Source: Candidatus Izemoplasma sp. (lineage in GTDB: Bacteria; Bacillota_I; Bacilli_A; Izemoplasmatales; Izemoplasmataceae). From it: 24,000 nt of DNA. A model generated the notes under the pieces. It was not told the DNA's origin. It searched no databases and saw nothing but the letters and a program-made list of their open reading frames with translations. The stretch lies in the NCBI GenBank assembly GCA_007117835.1, contig SKFU01000017.1:14122-38121 (forward strand). The letters are read 5' to 3'. Within the stretch, counting starts at the first letter, position 1. Every line of letters begins with the position of its first letter. Shown here piece by piece: positions 23,731-24,000 of the stretch. The translations under genes and the position numbers were made by a program.

Positions 23731-24000
23731 ATGAGAAATAATCAAAGAGGCTTGTCGTTGTTTGAAATGCTTGCGACAATAAGTATTGCAAGCATCGTGA
23801 TGATGATGCTTATGAGTATATTATTTACGACGCTTAGAGCAAAAAATCAAATGGATTATACCAACAGATTAGATGATGAAATCTATGAAATTAACGATTA
23901 TTTATCACGAAATTTTCAGTCACTTGGTTACCGTTCAGTAAAACAGTACGACAATCAAAGTGTTTTAGGTGTTGGTCAATCCGTATTTCTTTTCACCACT
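23731..24000 (+). CDS. Second prepilin-type pseudopilin; 5' 90 codons only, runs off the right edge
   Basis: Not in the ORF track (no stop within the window). The ATG at 23731 immediately follows the TAG of the previous gene, with GGAG 9 nt upstream. My translation is MRNNQRG|LSLFEMLATISIASIVMMMLMSILFTTLRAKNQMDY..., giving Gly at -1, Leu at +1 and Glu at +5. Confidence 0.75.
   Translation, partial: MRNNQRGLSLFEMLATISIASIVMMMLMSILFTTLRAKNQMDYTNRLDDEIYEINDYLSRNFQSLGYRSVKQYDNQSVLGVGQSVFLFTT

Noticed and set aside
1-24000. Whole-window search for CRISPR repeats, IS or transposon ends, integrase or phage genes, tRNA/rRNA, and defence-system-like gene pairs.
   Set aside because: None was seen. 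Non-coding DNA is minimal and all large ORFs except three hypothetical ones have clear housekeeping identities. The window therefore looks like core chromosome rather than an accessory island.

Overview
AT-rich, very tightly packed housekeeping region from a low-GC Gram-positive-type genome (Bacillota or wall-less relatives). It uses the standard code: TGA is a stop at rluD and in the hisS/aspS ATGA overlap, and TGG encodes Trp. From 333 to 21526 every gene is on the minus strand, with gaps of 54 nt or less apart from one 295-nt T-box leader. The order read along the minus strand is parE-parC-(Fic-like)-argS | apt-relA-dtd-GNAT-GNAT | T-box-hisS-aspS | AI-2E permease-TM protein-tcdA-msrA-comEB-ylbL-like protease-TM protein-lspA-rluD. 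The left edge holds the first 33 codons of a Y-family DNA polymerase. The right part (21.5-24 kb) holds plsY (+), yneF (-), a monocistronic 2x[4Fe-4S] ferredoxin (+), and the start of a prepilin-type pseudopilin cluster (+); its second gene runs off the window and is missing from the ORF track. I saw no rRNA, tRNA, CRISPR array, transposase/integrase or long repeat. Synteny (yneF/plsY/parE/parC, apt-relA-dtd, hisS-aspS, lspA-rluD) is Bacillus-like, so this is mostly an ordinary core region. The points worth a second look are: (1) a catalytically degenerate Fic-fold/wHTH protein inserted between parC and argS; (2) a pseudopilin cluster with no ATPase or platform gene upstream; (3) a T-box whose specifier reads as Asp (GAC) although hisS is the first gene; (4) two GNAT genes translationally coupled to dtd. 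All function calls rest on motif recognition by eye; no database search was possible.
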